Assembly (NCBI GenBank): GCA_012439925.1
Contig: GCA_012439925.1_4519.1
From: a phage
Strand: one strand, 5' to 3'
DNA: 64,000 nucleotides
In this document: one piece after another, positions 1 to 8,137 of the stretch
Numbering within the stretch: the stretch's first letter is position 1
Layout: every line of letters starts with the position of its first letter
Notes under the pieces: generated by a model
Databases searched by the model: none
Told to the model about the DNA's origin: nothing
What the model saw: the letters and a program-made list of their open reading frames with translations, nothing else
Program-made: the position numbers and the translations under genes

Positions 1-2
1 TC

Positions 3-509
3 GCCGCTATAATCGAGTGGAAAAAGGAGCTCTTAAATAATAAAGACCCAAACAAAATTATTCGTCAGAATGATACCATCGGTTTAGCAATTATGCTTAT
101 CGCCGAAGGCCTGTCCAAACGTTTCAACTTTTCAGGATATACCCAGTCTTGGAAGCAGGAGATGATTGCAGATGGGATTGAAGCCTCTATTAAGGGACTT
201 CATAATTTCGACGAAACTAAGTACAATAACCCACATGCATACATAACTCGAGCTTGTTTTAATGCTTTTGTCCAACGTATCAAAAAAGAACGTAAGGAAG
301 TTGCAAAGAAATATAGTTACTTCGTTCATAATGTCTACGACAGTCATGACGATGATATGGTAGCGTTGGTAGATGAAACGTTTATTCAAGACATCTACGA
401 TAAAATGACGCATTATGAAGAATCCGCTTATAAAGCTCCTGGGGCTGAAAAGAAGGAAGTTGTTAGCGATTCACCTAGTTTGGATTTTTTATATGAGGAT
501 GACAATTGA
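3..509 (+). CDS. 55: Late-transcription sigma factor gp55 (5' truncated by window edge)
   Basis: Frame 3 reads through from the window start ([36 protein letters not shown]...) and matches remembered T4 gp55; the true start is upstream of the window. Confidence 0.9.
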   Translation, partial: AAIIEWKKELLNNKDPNKIIRQNDTIGLAIMLIAEGLSKRFNFSGYTQSWKQEMIADGIEASIKGLHNFDETKYNNPHAYITRACFNAFVQRIKKERKEVAKKYSYFVHNVYDSHDDDMVALVDETFIQDIYDKMTHYEESAYKAPGAEKKEVVSDSPSLDFLYEDDN

Positions 510-708
510 CATCTCTAACTACTTAGAAGAACCTTTTGACGAAGCAATCCCTTATTTGGTAAAACTGTTGGGTCGAGAATTTAAAATTAATTTTGACATC
601 GACCCTTTGAACCCACATGACGTGTCATTTTCAATAAATGGGACTCCAGTTGAGTACGAGTTCTGTATTGAAGAGGACGGACGTTTTTATTTTAATTTAA
701 TGAGATAA
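493..708 (+). CDS. Hypothetical small protein
   Basis: ORF in frame 1 overlapping the gp55 stop; ATG at 493/499 chosen over the upstream start that would overlap gp55 extensively. No recognisable motif. Confidence 0.4.
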   Translation: MRMTIDISNYLEEPFDEAIPYLVKLLGREFKINFDIDPLNPHDVSFSINGTPVEYEFCIEEDGRFYFNLMR

Positions 709-709
709 T

Positions 710-1033
710 ATGACTACCGAGATTATTGAAAATAAAGAAGCAGAAGATGCAGTAGCTAAAATGCTACAAGAAATCCAAAAGAAAAATGAAGCTGAAGCAC
801 GTAAAAAATCCGAAAAGATTCTTAAAAAGAATCGTTTTGAACTAAACCGTCTTTATGCACATGCTCAAGAAGCAGCAATTCAAAACAACTTCGAAGCTTA
901 CGAATATGCTATTAAGAAATCTCGGGATATTCTACGACAACCGTATAATGACAAGTTAATTAAAATCCAGTGGGTTACTACTCGTCAGGCTATTGAGGAC
1001 ATCATTAATGGCGCTAGTTCAAACAAAGTTTAA
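710..1033 (+). CDS. Hypothetical protein (107 aa)
   Basis: ATG ORF immediately after the previous stop; occupies the position of alpha-gt in T4. Confidence 0.5.
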   Translation: MTTEIIENKEAEDAVAKMLQEIQKKNEAEARKKSEKILKKNRFELNRLYAHAQEAAIQNNFEAYEYAIKKSRDILRQPYNDKLIKIQWVTTRQAIEDIINGASSNKV

Positions 1034-1214
1034 ACGTCTGAAGCTGAACGCAGGGTTCACCGTTAAATTGGGTGGTCCTCTTTGTGTTAAAATTTCTGAA
1101 AAGGAATATCACGACGGTTCTATTACAGAAATTTGTCCGCCTATTGTAAAGGCAGACCCAAAACAACTCGTGTGGGTTGATTCATTTCAAGTTAAGAAAT
1201 GGTGGAAACGATGA
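1008..1214 (+). CDS. Hypothetical protein
   Basis: The ORF-track start at 993 is TTG; the first ATG is at 1008 with GAGGA 9 nt upstream. Confidence 0.35.
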   Translation: MALVQTKFKRLKLNAGFTVKLGGPLCVKISEKEYHDGSITEICPPIVKADPKQLVWVDSFQVKKWWKR

Positions 1215-1253
1215 GAGAAATCGATTTAGGCATTTTCTGAGAGGTGCTTATGC

Positions 1254-1427
1254 ATGACGAACATCCCGACTTCTGAAAATTTCGATAAAATCCGTAAAGG
1301 CAAAGCAGAAAGAATGAGACGTTTTAAAGAGTCTTATGATAAAGCTAAAGCCGAAGGAACTATTACGTACAAGCCCATTCGATTTAAAAGTTCAAATGAG
1401 CCTCTGTATGGTGTACTATGTGGATAG
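1254..1427 (+). CDS. Hypothetical small protein (58 aa)
   Basis: ATG ORF below the ORF-track size cutoff, GAGG upstream, ends at a terminator hairpin. Confidence 0.35.
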   Translation: MTNIPTSENFDKIRKGKAERMRRFKESYDKAKAEGTITYKPIRFKSSNEPLYGVLCG

Positions 1428-1450
1428 GAACTCTTCGGAGTTCCTTTTTT
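1427..1450 (+). terminator. Rho-independent terminator hairpin (GGAACTC-TTCG-GAGTTCC + T-tract)
   Basis: Perfect 7-bp stem with UUCG tetraloop followed by TTTTTT. Confidence 0.7.
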
Positions 1451-1475
1451 GCTTTATAAACGGATGATAGAATGA
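1448..1475 (+). promoter_or_regulatory. MotA-dependent middle promoter upstream of gene 47
   Basis: MotA box TGCTTTA, 11-nt spacer, then -10 TAGAAT; the same CGGATGATAGAAT block recurs upstream of gene 39. Confidence 0.55.
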
Positions 1476-1496
1476 ATTAACTAATGAGGAAATAAT

Positions 1497-2516
1497 ATGA
1501 AAATTTTGCACTTAGGCGACTTCCATATCGGAGTCAAACAAGACGACCCATGGGTTCAAGATATTCAACGTGATGGTATTCGTCAAGCAATTGAATACTC
1601 TAAGAAACACGGGATTAAAACTTGGATTCAGTACGGTGATTGGTTCGACGTCCGTAAAGCAATTACACATCGTACGATGGAATTCAATCGTGAAATAGTT
1701 GATATGATTTCTAAAGCAGGCATTCACGTTCATGTCACGATAGGAAACCATGACATGGCGTTTAAGAATACAATAACACCTAACACTGTTTCTGAATTGT
1801 TAACCCAATTTGAAAACTTTACTATTTACGAACATCCAACTACTGTAGATTTTGACGGATGTCTGATTGATATCGTTCCATGGATGTGTGAAGAAAATAC
1901 AGGTGAAATCTTAGAGCACATCAAGACTTCTTCTGCTGCGTATTGTGTTGGTCACTGGGAACTGAACGGCTTTTATTTCTATAAAGGAATGAAGTCTCAT
2001 GGGCTTGAACCTGATTTCTTAAAGACCTATAAACAAGTCTGGTCTGGCCACTTCCACACAATCTCTGAAGCTGCTAACGTCAAATATATTGGGACACCAT
2101 GGACCCTTACTGCAGGTGATGAGAATGACCCGCGCGGATTCTGGGTATTTGACACTGATGTTGAACGTATGGAATTTATTCCTAATGAAACAACATGGCA
2201 TCGACGAATCACTTATCCATTTAAAGGCAAAATCAACTATTCTGATTATACTAATCTAGCCGTACGTGTTATAGTATCAGAAATTGATTCAGAGTTGACT
2301 AAGTTTGAATCTGAACTTGAAAAAGTAGTTCACTCTCTTCGTATGGTTTCTAAAGTTGATAACAGTGTTGAATCTGATGACGACCAGGAAATCGAGATTA
2401 AATCACTTCAAGATATCATTAAAGAATATATTGACGCGATTCCAGATATCTCGGACGAAGACAGAGAAGCGCTGGTCAAATATTCTAACGAACTTTATAT
2501 TGAGGCAACACAATGA
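1497..2516 (+). CDS. 47: Recombination endonuclease subunit gp47 (Mre11/SbcD-like)
   Basis: N-terminal phosphoesterase motifs (LGDFHIG, GNHD); 339 aa; synteny with gene 46. Confidence 0.9.
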   Translation: MKILHLGDFHIGVKQDDPWVQDIQRDGIRQAIEYSKKHGIKTWIQYGDWFDVRKAITHRTMEFNREIVDMISKAGIHVHVTIGNHDMAFKNTITPNTVSELLTQFENFTIYEHPTTVDFDGCLIDIVPWMCEENTGEILEHIKTSSAAYCVGHWELNGFYFYKGMKSHGLEPDFLKTYKQVWSGHFHTISEAANVKYIGTPWTLTAGDENDPRGFWVFDTDVERMEFIPNETTWHRRITYPFKGKINYSDYTNLAVRVIVSEIDSELTKFESELEKVVHSLRMVSKVDNSVESDDDQEIEIKSLQDIIKEYIDAIPDISDEDREALVKYSNELYIEATQ

Positions 2517-2770
2517 CTTTAGATGAATTTAATAATGCTGGGCTCGGGCTTGAAGTTGAAATAGACGTTAAAGATGATGATGGATTCGAGAACACTATCA
2601 AGTATTGGATTGAGCCATTACGCGTTGAAGGCAATGAAGTTAAAGCAGTTCATGTCTGCACCGACTGGGCTATTGAATTTAGCTTTAATATAATGGACAA
2701 CGATACTCCTGGCTCTATTCTTAAAATGGCTGAAGCGTGTATTGAGGATGCGTATAATGACGAAGACTGA
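2513..2770 (+). CDS. Hypothetical protein
   Basis: ATGA start/stop overlap with gp47; acidic 85-aa product. Confidence 0.5.
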   Translation: MTLDEFNNAGLGLEVEIDVKDDDGFENTIKYWIEPLRVEGNEVKAVHVCTDWAIEFSFNIMDNDTPGSILKMAEACIEDAYNDED

Positions 2771-2996
2771 CTATGAAATCCATCGTCACGAATTTAGTAT
2801 TGGTGACGGTTATATTGGTATCGTTGAATGGACTGAGAATTACGAGGAATCAACTCCTCGTTTCTTTGGAACAATGTATGTTACCTGTGAGTACGCACCA
2901 GGTGTTGTTATGTATGCAGAACTAGATGAATATTTTGCTGATAGAGATGACATGTTAAAATATGTAGAGGACTTCATTCGAAGAGAATACATATGA
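2757..2996 (+). CDS. Hypothetical protein
   Basis: The ORF-track start at 2742 is TTG; ATG at 2757 has GAGG 9 nt upstream; ATGA overlap with gene 46. Confidence 0.45.
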   Translation: MTKTDYEIHRHEFSIGDGYIGIVEWTENYEESTPRFFGTMYVTCEYAPGVVMYAELDEYFADRDDMLKYVEDFIRREYI

Positions 2997-4681
2997 AATC
3001 ATTTAAATTAAATCGTGTTCGTTATCAAAACATCATGTCGGTAGGTGGGAATCCTATTGATATCCAATTAGATAAAGTCCAAAAGACATTAATCACTGGT
3101 AAAAATGGCGGTGGTAAATCTACGATGTTAGAAGCCATTACTTTCGGACTTTTCGGTAAACCATTTCGTGATGTTAAGAAAGGACAAATCATTAATAGCA
3201 CGAACAAGAAAGAGCTCTTAGTTGAGCTTTGGATGGAATTCGATGATAAAAAATACTTCATTAGACGCGGCCAAAAGCCCAATATTTTCGAAATCTCCGT
3301 TGACGGTGTTCGTCTCGATGAATCTGCCAGCAGTCGTGACTTCCAAGAAGAATTTGAACGTAGCATCGGAATGTCATACGCGTCTTTTAAACAGATCGTT
3401 GTGCTTGGGACGGCAGGGTATACCCCTTTCATGGCTCTTAACACCCCTGCTCGCAGAAAGCTTGTTGAAGACTTATTAGAAGTTGGAACACTCGCTGAAA
3501 TGGATAAAATCAATAAGTCTCAAGTTCGAGAACTTAATTCCCAGGGACAAGTTCTCGATGCCAAGAAAGATGGTATTATCCAACAAATTAAGATTTATAA
3601 CGAGAATATCGAACGTCAAAAGAAATTATCTGGCGATAATGTAGCGCGTCTACAGAATATGTATGACGACCTGGCTAAAGAAGCTCGGTCATTAAAAGCA
3701 GAAATCGAAGAAGCTAATGAGCGACTACTTAATATCGTTCTTGATGAAGACCCTACTGAGGCATTCAATAAGATAGGACAAGAAGCATTCTTGATTAAAT
3801 CTAAAATTGACTCATATAACAAAGTTATTAAGATGTATCATGATGGCGGTACATGTCCTACTTGCGCATCACAGTTGCACCAGGGTGATCCTATTGTCTC
3901 TAAGATTACCGATAAGCTTCATGAATGTAATCACTCATTCGAGCAACTTACCTGCCACAGAGATAATCTGAGTGTCCTAGTGGACGAATATCGAGCTAAT
4001 GTTAAGACTAAACATGACCTTGCATCCGATATCCGTACCAAGAAACAAGCAATGATTGCCACTATTGATAAAGCTAAGAAAGTTAAAGCTGCAATAGAGC
4101 AAGCCTCGGCGGAATTTATCGACCATGCCGATGAGATAGCTTTGCTTCAAAAAGAACTTGATAAAATCATTAAAACAAAATCGGATATCGTTCTTGAAAA
4201 ATACCATCGTGGTATTATCACAGATATGTTAAAAGATTCTGGTATTAAAGGTGCTATCATTAAAAAATATGTGCCTCTGTTTAATAAGCAGATTAACCAT
4301 TATCTTAAAATCATGGAAGCTGATTACGTGTTTTCTATTGATGAAGAATTCAATGAATCTATAAAATCACGTGGCCGTGAAGATTTTAGTTATGCTTCAT
4401 TTAGTCAAGGTGAAAAAGCACGCATTGATATCGCGTTGTTGTTTACATGGCGAGATATTGCTGAAAAGGTCTCTGGTGTTAAAATCAACACTCTGATTCT
4501 TGATGAGGTTTTTGATGGGGCAGTTGATTCTGAAGCTGTTAAGGCTATAGATACCATTCTTGGAAGTTTACAAAATACTAACGTGTTCATTATTTCTCAT
4601 AGGGACCATGACCCTCAACGTTATGGACAACATTTGCAAATGAGCAAAGTTGGACGATTTACTGTAATGACTGTTTCATAA
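2993..4681 (+). CDS. 46: Recombination endonuclease subunit gp46 (Rad50/SbcC-like ATPase)
   Basis: Walker A GKNGGGKST, central CPTC zinc-hook-like motif, C-terminal LILDEVFDG; 562 aa. Confidence 0.9.
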   Translation: MKSFKLNRVRYQNIMSVGGNPIDIQLDKVQKTLITGKNGGGKSTMLEAITFGLFGKPFRDVKKGQIINSTNKKELLVELWMEFDDKKYFIRRGQKPNIFEISVDGVRLDESASSRDFQEEFERSIGMSYASFKQIVVLGTAGYTPFMALNTPARRKLVEDLLEVGTLAEMDKINKSQVRELNSQGQVLDAKKDGIIQQIKIYNENIERQKKLSGDNVARLQNMYDDLAKEARSLKAEIEEANERLLNIVLDEDPTEAFNKIGQEAFLIKSKIDSYNKVIKMYHDGGTCPTCASQLHQGDPIVSKITDKLHECNHSFEQLTCHRDNLSVLVDEYRANVKTKHDLASDIRTKKQAMIATIDKAKKVKAAIEQASAEFIDHADEIALLQKELDKIIKTKSDIVLEKYHRGIITDMLKDSGIKGAIIKKYVPLFNKQINHYLKIMEADYVFSIDEEFNESIKSRGREDFSYASFSQGEKARIDIALLFTWRDIAEKVSGVKINTLILDEVFDGAVDSEAVKAIDTILGSLQNTNVFIISHRDHDPQRYGQHLQMSKVGRFTVMTVS

Positions 4682-4723
4682 ACGCTTTAACACGATGTGG
4701 TTATAATGACCACATCAAATTAA

Positions 4724-4924
4724 ATGGAGAACAACATGGAGTATTCAACTGGACAACATCTTCTCGTTGTCCCTGAAATTAAAAAATATGTTTTGACCAA
4801 TACGTTTTCAGGTGAAGAACATATTGTTACTGAACAAATGCTCAAATCTGCTTTTAAAGATGAGTATAATAAAATAATGTCTAATCGCAATTCCGCATGG
4901 ACAGTTACCGACTTCTACGAATAA
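4724..4924 (+). CDS. Hypothetical protein
   Basis: ATG ORF between genes 46 and 45. Confidence 0.45.
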   Translation: MENNMEYSTGQHLLVVPEIKKYVLTNTFSGEEHIVTEQMLKSAFKDEYNKIMSNRNSAWTVTDFYE

Positions 4925-4936
4925 GAGAGAAATAAT

Positions 4937-5353
4937 ATGTTTACTACTGCTAAAGGTTTCACTGCTGCTGATCTGAAAGTTACTTCTATCCGTACTGACG
5001 CTAACCCACATAACCATAATCGTGTTCGTAAAGCATGGGTCCTGCATTGTGATGACGCAAGTGCTAAAAAACTCCAATCTTTGCCGCAAGAAACTCGTTT
5101 TATGATTTATGGTTTTATTGATAATGATGTGTCTGATATGTGGATTCATTTGATGCGTAAGCACTATAAAGATTCTATCGAAGCAGGTGCTAAAATCGTT
5201 CTTGATAAAGACGGTTCTGAACGCCTTGAAGATTTTTACTGTGTTGATGCCGACGAACAACTAATTGCAGCTGGCGAAATTGTTGCTTCTAAAATTCCAG
5301 AATATATTGAATCACTGCCTGAAGCTATTAAAAAGCAGATGGTTGCTGCATAA
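4937..5353 (+). CDS. rpbA: RNA polymerase-binding protein RpbA-like
   Basis: Position immediately upstream of gene 45 and remembered similarity to T4 RpbA (MFTTAKGF...). Confidence 0.5.
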   Translation: MFTTAKGFTAADLKVTSIRTDANPHNHNRVRKAWVLHCDDASAKKLQSLPQETRFMIYGFIDNDVSDMWIHLMRKHYKDSIEAGAKIVLDKDGSERLEDFYCVDADEQLIAAGEIVASKIPEYIESLPEAIKKQMVAA

Positions 5354-5395
5354 TAAATTTGTTATAAACTTTGAATTGTCTTGAAAGGAAATAAA

Positions 5396-6082
5396 ATGAA
5401 ACTGTCTAAAGATACTATCGCTATTCTGAAAAACTTTGCCTCTATTAACTCTGGCATTCTGCTGAGTCAAGGTAAATTTATTATGACTCGTGCAGTTAAT
5501 GGCACCACTTATGCGGAAGCAAATATCTCTGATGAAATTGATTTTGACGTAGCACTTTATGATTTGAATAGCTTCTTAAGCATTTTGAGTCTAGTGTCTG
5601 ATGATGCCGAAATTTCAATGCACACTGATGGCAATATTAAAATTGCAGATACACGTTCCACAGTTTATTGGCCTGCCGCTGACAAGAGCACCATTGTTTT
5701 TCCTAATAAGCCAATTCAATTCCCAGTGGCTTCTGTGATTACTGAAATTAAAGCTGAAGACCTTCAACAATTGCTTCGAGTTTCACGTGGTCTTCAGATT
5801 GATACAATTGCTATTACAAATAAAGATGGTAAAATTGTTATCAATGGCTATAATAAAGTTGAAGATTCCGGACTAACTCGTCCTAAGTATTCTTTGACTC
5901 TTACCGATTATGATGGTTCTAACAACTTTAACTTTGTAATCAATATGGCTAATATGAAAATCCAGCCAGGTAACTATAAAGTAATGTTGTGGGGAGCTGG
6001 TGATAAAGTTGCAGCTAAGTTTGAAAGCTCTCAAGTAAGTTATGTTATTGCGATGGAAGCCGATTCTACTCACGACTTCTAA
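5396..6082 (+). CDS. 45: Sliding clamp gp45
   Basis: The ORF-track start at 5381 is TTG; ATG at 5396 gives MKLSKDT..., the T4 gp45 N-terminus; 228 aa; AAGGA SD. Confidence 0.9.
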   Translation: MKLSKDTIAILKNFASINSGILLSQGKFIMTRAVNGTTYAEANISDEIDFDVALYDLNSFLSILSLVSDDAEISMHTDGNIKIADTRSTVYWPAADKSTIVFPNKPIQFPVASVITEIKAEDLQQLLRVSRGLQIDTIAITNKDGKIVINGYNKVEDSGLTRPKYSLTLTDYDGSNNFNFVINMANMKIQPGNYKVMLWGAGDKVAAKFESSQVSYVIAMEADSTHDF

Positions 6083-6157
6083 GTCAAAGCTTTACGTTTA
6101 TTGTGATACGATTATGGAGGAGAAATCCTCCAGTTTAATGATAATGAGGAAAATTAC

Positions 6158-7120
6158 ATGATTACTATCAATTCCAAAGAACACATTCTAGAACAGAAAT
6201 ATCGTCCTTCTTCCATTGACGAATGTATTCTGCCTGCGTATGACCATGAAACATTCAAGTCTTTAGTATCTAAAGGAAAACTTCCTCATATTATTTTACA
6301 CTCTCCATCTCCTGGTACCGGTAAAACAACCGTAGCAAAAGCATTATGTAATGATATCAATGCCGAAATGATGTTCGTCAACGGTTCTGATTGTAAAATT
6401 GATTTTGTACGCGGTCCGTTAACTGCATTTGCTCGTTCAGTCTCAATGGAAGGCAAGCCTAAAGTTATTGTTATTGATGAATTTGACCGTAGTGGCCTTG
6501 CTGAATCACAACGACACCTTCGTACATTTATGGAAGAATTCTCTAGTAACTGTTCTATTATTATTACTGCTAACAACATCGATGGAATTATCGAACCGTT
6601 ACGTAGTCGTTGTCGAGTTATCGAATTCGGACGTCCAACCGAAGAAGATAAAATCTCAATGATGAAGAAAATGATTCATCGTATGGTTGAAATCTGTAAG
6701 AACGAAAATATCGAAATCGCTGATATGAAAGTTGTTGCAGCTCTGGTTAAAAAGAACTTCCCGGACTTTCGACGTACAATTGGTCAATTAGACCAGTACT
6801 CGTCTAAAGGTGTTCTTGATGCAGGTATTTTGTCGATTGTAACCAATGATCGCGGCACGGTAGATGATGTCATAGAAGCAATGAAAAATAAAGATATCAA
6901 ACAGCTTCGTGCGTTAGCTCCAAAATATGCCGCTGATTATTCATGGTTCATCGATAAATTAGTTTCTGAGTGTTATGACAAAGTTGCACCAGGTAAAAGT
7001 ATTATTTCGCTTTATGAAATTGCAGGCGAAAATAATAAGTTTCATGGATTAGCAAGTAATATTGAATTACATGTTATGTATATGCTTCTTCAACTGACCT
7101 GCGAACTGACTTGGAAATAA
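6158..7120 (+). CDS. 44: Clamp loader ATPase subunit gp44
   Basis: AAA+ motifs: Walker [11 protein letters not shown], Walker B VIDEFD, SRC motif LRSRC. Confidence 0.9.
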   Translation: MITINSKEHILEQKYRPSSIDECILPAYDHETFKSLVSKGKLPHIILHSPSPGTGKTTVAKALCNDINAEMMFVNGSDCKIDFVRGPLTAFARSVSMEGKPKVIVIDEFDRSGLAESQRHLRTFMEEFSSNCSIIITANNIDGIIEPLRSRCRVIEFGRPTEEDKISMMKKMIHRMVEICKNENIEIADMKVVAALVKKNFPDFRRTIGQLDQYSSKGVLDAGILSIVTNDRGTVDDVIEAMKNKDIKQLRALAPKYAADYSWFIDKLVSECYDKVAPGKSIISLYEIAGENNKFHGLASNIELHVMYMLLQLTCELTWK

Positions 7121-7121
7121 T

Positions 7122-7685
7122 ATGAACTTATTTGATGATGACGTCCAGCTTAACGAGCACCAAATTGCATGGAAGTCTAATGACGCTGATGCGATTCAAA
7201 AATGTGCTGATATGTTTAAAGAAAAACCTGAGAATGAATTCTTTAAAATCATTAATGCTATTAATGAAAAGAAATCTATGTCAATTGCTCAGGTCGACTA
7301 CTCAAAATTTATGGTTGAGAACTCATTATCCCAGTTCCCAGAATGTATGCCAGCCGTTTACATGATGAACTTAGTCGGTTCTGAATTAAGTGATGAAGCG
7401 CACTTCAACTATATGATGGCGGCAATTCCACGTGGTCGTCGATTCTCTAAATGGGCTAAACTAGTCGAAGACACTTCAGAGTTACTAGTTATCAAACTGT
7501 TGATGAAACATTACACAATCAACATGAATGATGCTACCGAGTATAAGCGGCTCCTTGAAAAAAATAACAAGTTGCCAATAGTCCTTAAAGAACTGAAGGC
7601 CATGGTCACTGATGAATTTCTCAAAGAAGTTACTAAAAACGTAAAAGAACAAAAACAATTTAAAAAATTAGCATTGGAATGGTAA
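7122..7685 (+). CDS. 62: Clamp loader small subunit gp62
   Basis: Synteny (44-62-regA) and size (187 aa). Confidence 0.8.
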   Translation: MNLFDDDVQLNEHQIAWKSNDADAIQKCADMFKEKPENEFFKIINAINEKKSMSIAQVDYSKFMVENSLSQFPECMPAVYMMNLVGSELSDEAHFNYMMAAIPRGRRFSKWAKLVEDTSELLVIKLLMKHYTINMNDATEYKRLLEKNNKLPIVLKELKAMVTDEFLKEVTKNVKEQKQFKKLALEW

Positions 7686-7687
7686 AA

Positions 7688-8056
7688 ATGATTGAAATTA
7701 AATTGAAGAACCCTGAAGATTTTCTGAAAGTCAAAGAGACTCTAACCCGTATGGGCATCGCTAATAACAAAGATAAAGTCCTTTACCAGTCTTGTCATAT
7801 CCTCCAAAAGCAAGGTAAATATTACATCGTCCACTTTAAAGAAATGTTGCGTATGGATGGGCGTCAGGTTGATATTGATGGTGAAGACTATCAGCGACGT
7901 GATTCGATTGCTCAGTTGCTTGAAGACTGGGGATTAATTGTTATTGAAGACTCTGCTCGTGAAGATCTGTTTGGCCTGACTAATAACTTCCGTGTTATCT
8001 CTTTTAAACAGAAAGATGACTGGACTTTGAAAGCAAAATATACAATTGGTAATTAA
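7688..8056 (+). CDS. regA: Translational repressor RegA
   Basis: MIEIKLKNPEDFLKVKETLTRMGIANNKDKVLYQSCHILQK matches remembered T4 RegA; start moved to the ATG at 7688. Confidence 0.85.
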   Translation: MIEIKLKNPEDFLKVKETLTRMGIANNKDKVLYQSCHILQKQGKYYIVHFKEMLRMDGRQVDIDGEDYQRRDSIAQLLEDWGLIVIEDSAREDLFGLTNNFRVISFKQKDDWTLKAKYTIGN

Positions 8057-8060
8057 AGCA

Positions 8061-8080
8061 ATGGGACTTCGGTCCCATTT
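8061..8080 (+). terminator. Stable hairpin (TGGGAC-TTCG-GTCCCA) after regA
   Basis: 6-bp GC-rich stem with UUCG loop followed by TTTGG; weak T-tract. Confidence 0.5.
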
Positions 8081-8110
8081 GGAGTATAATAAGTTCATCA
8101 ACAAACAAAA

Positions 8111-8137
8111 GACAATAACTCGTCTAAAGGAAATTAA
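8111..8137 (+). promoter_or_regulatory. Putative gp43 translational operator (small hairpin with AAUAACUC loop + SD)
   Basis: GAC-AATAACTC-GTC immediately upstream of the SD AAGG and the gene 43 ATG; the loop sequence matches what I recall of the T4 gene 43 autoregulatory operator. Confidence 0.45.

Noticed and set aside
415-708. Long form of the ORF starting at 415, overlapping the last 95 nt of gene 55 in another frame
   Set aside because: A downstream in-frame ATG (493/499) gives a non-overlapping gene; the long form is unlikely.
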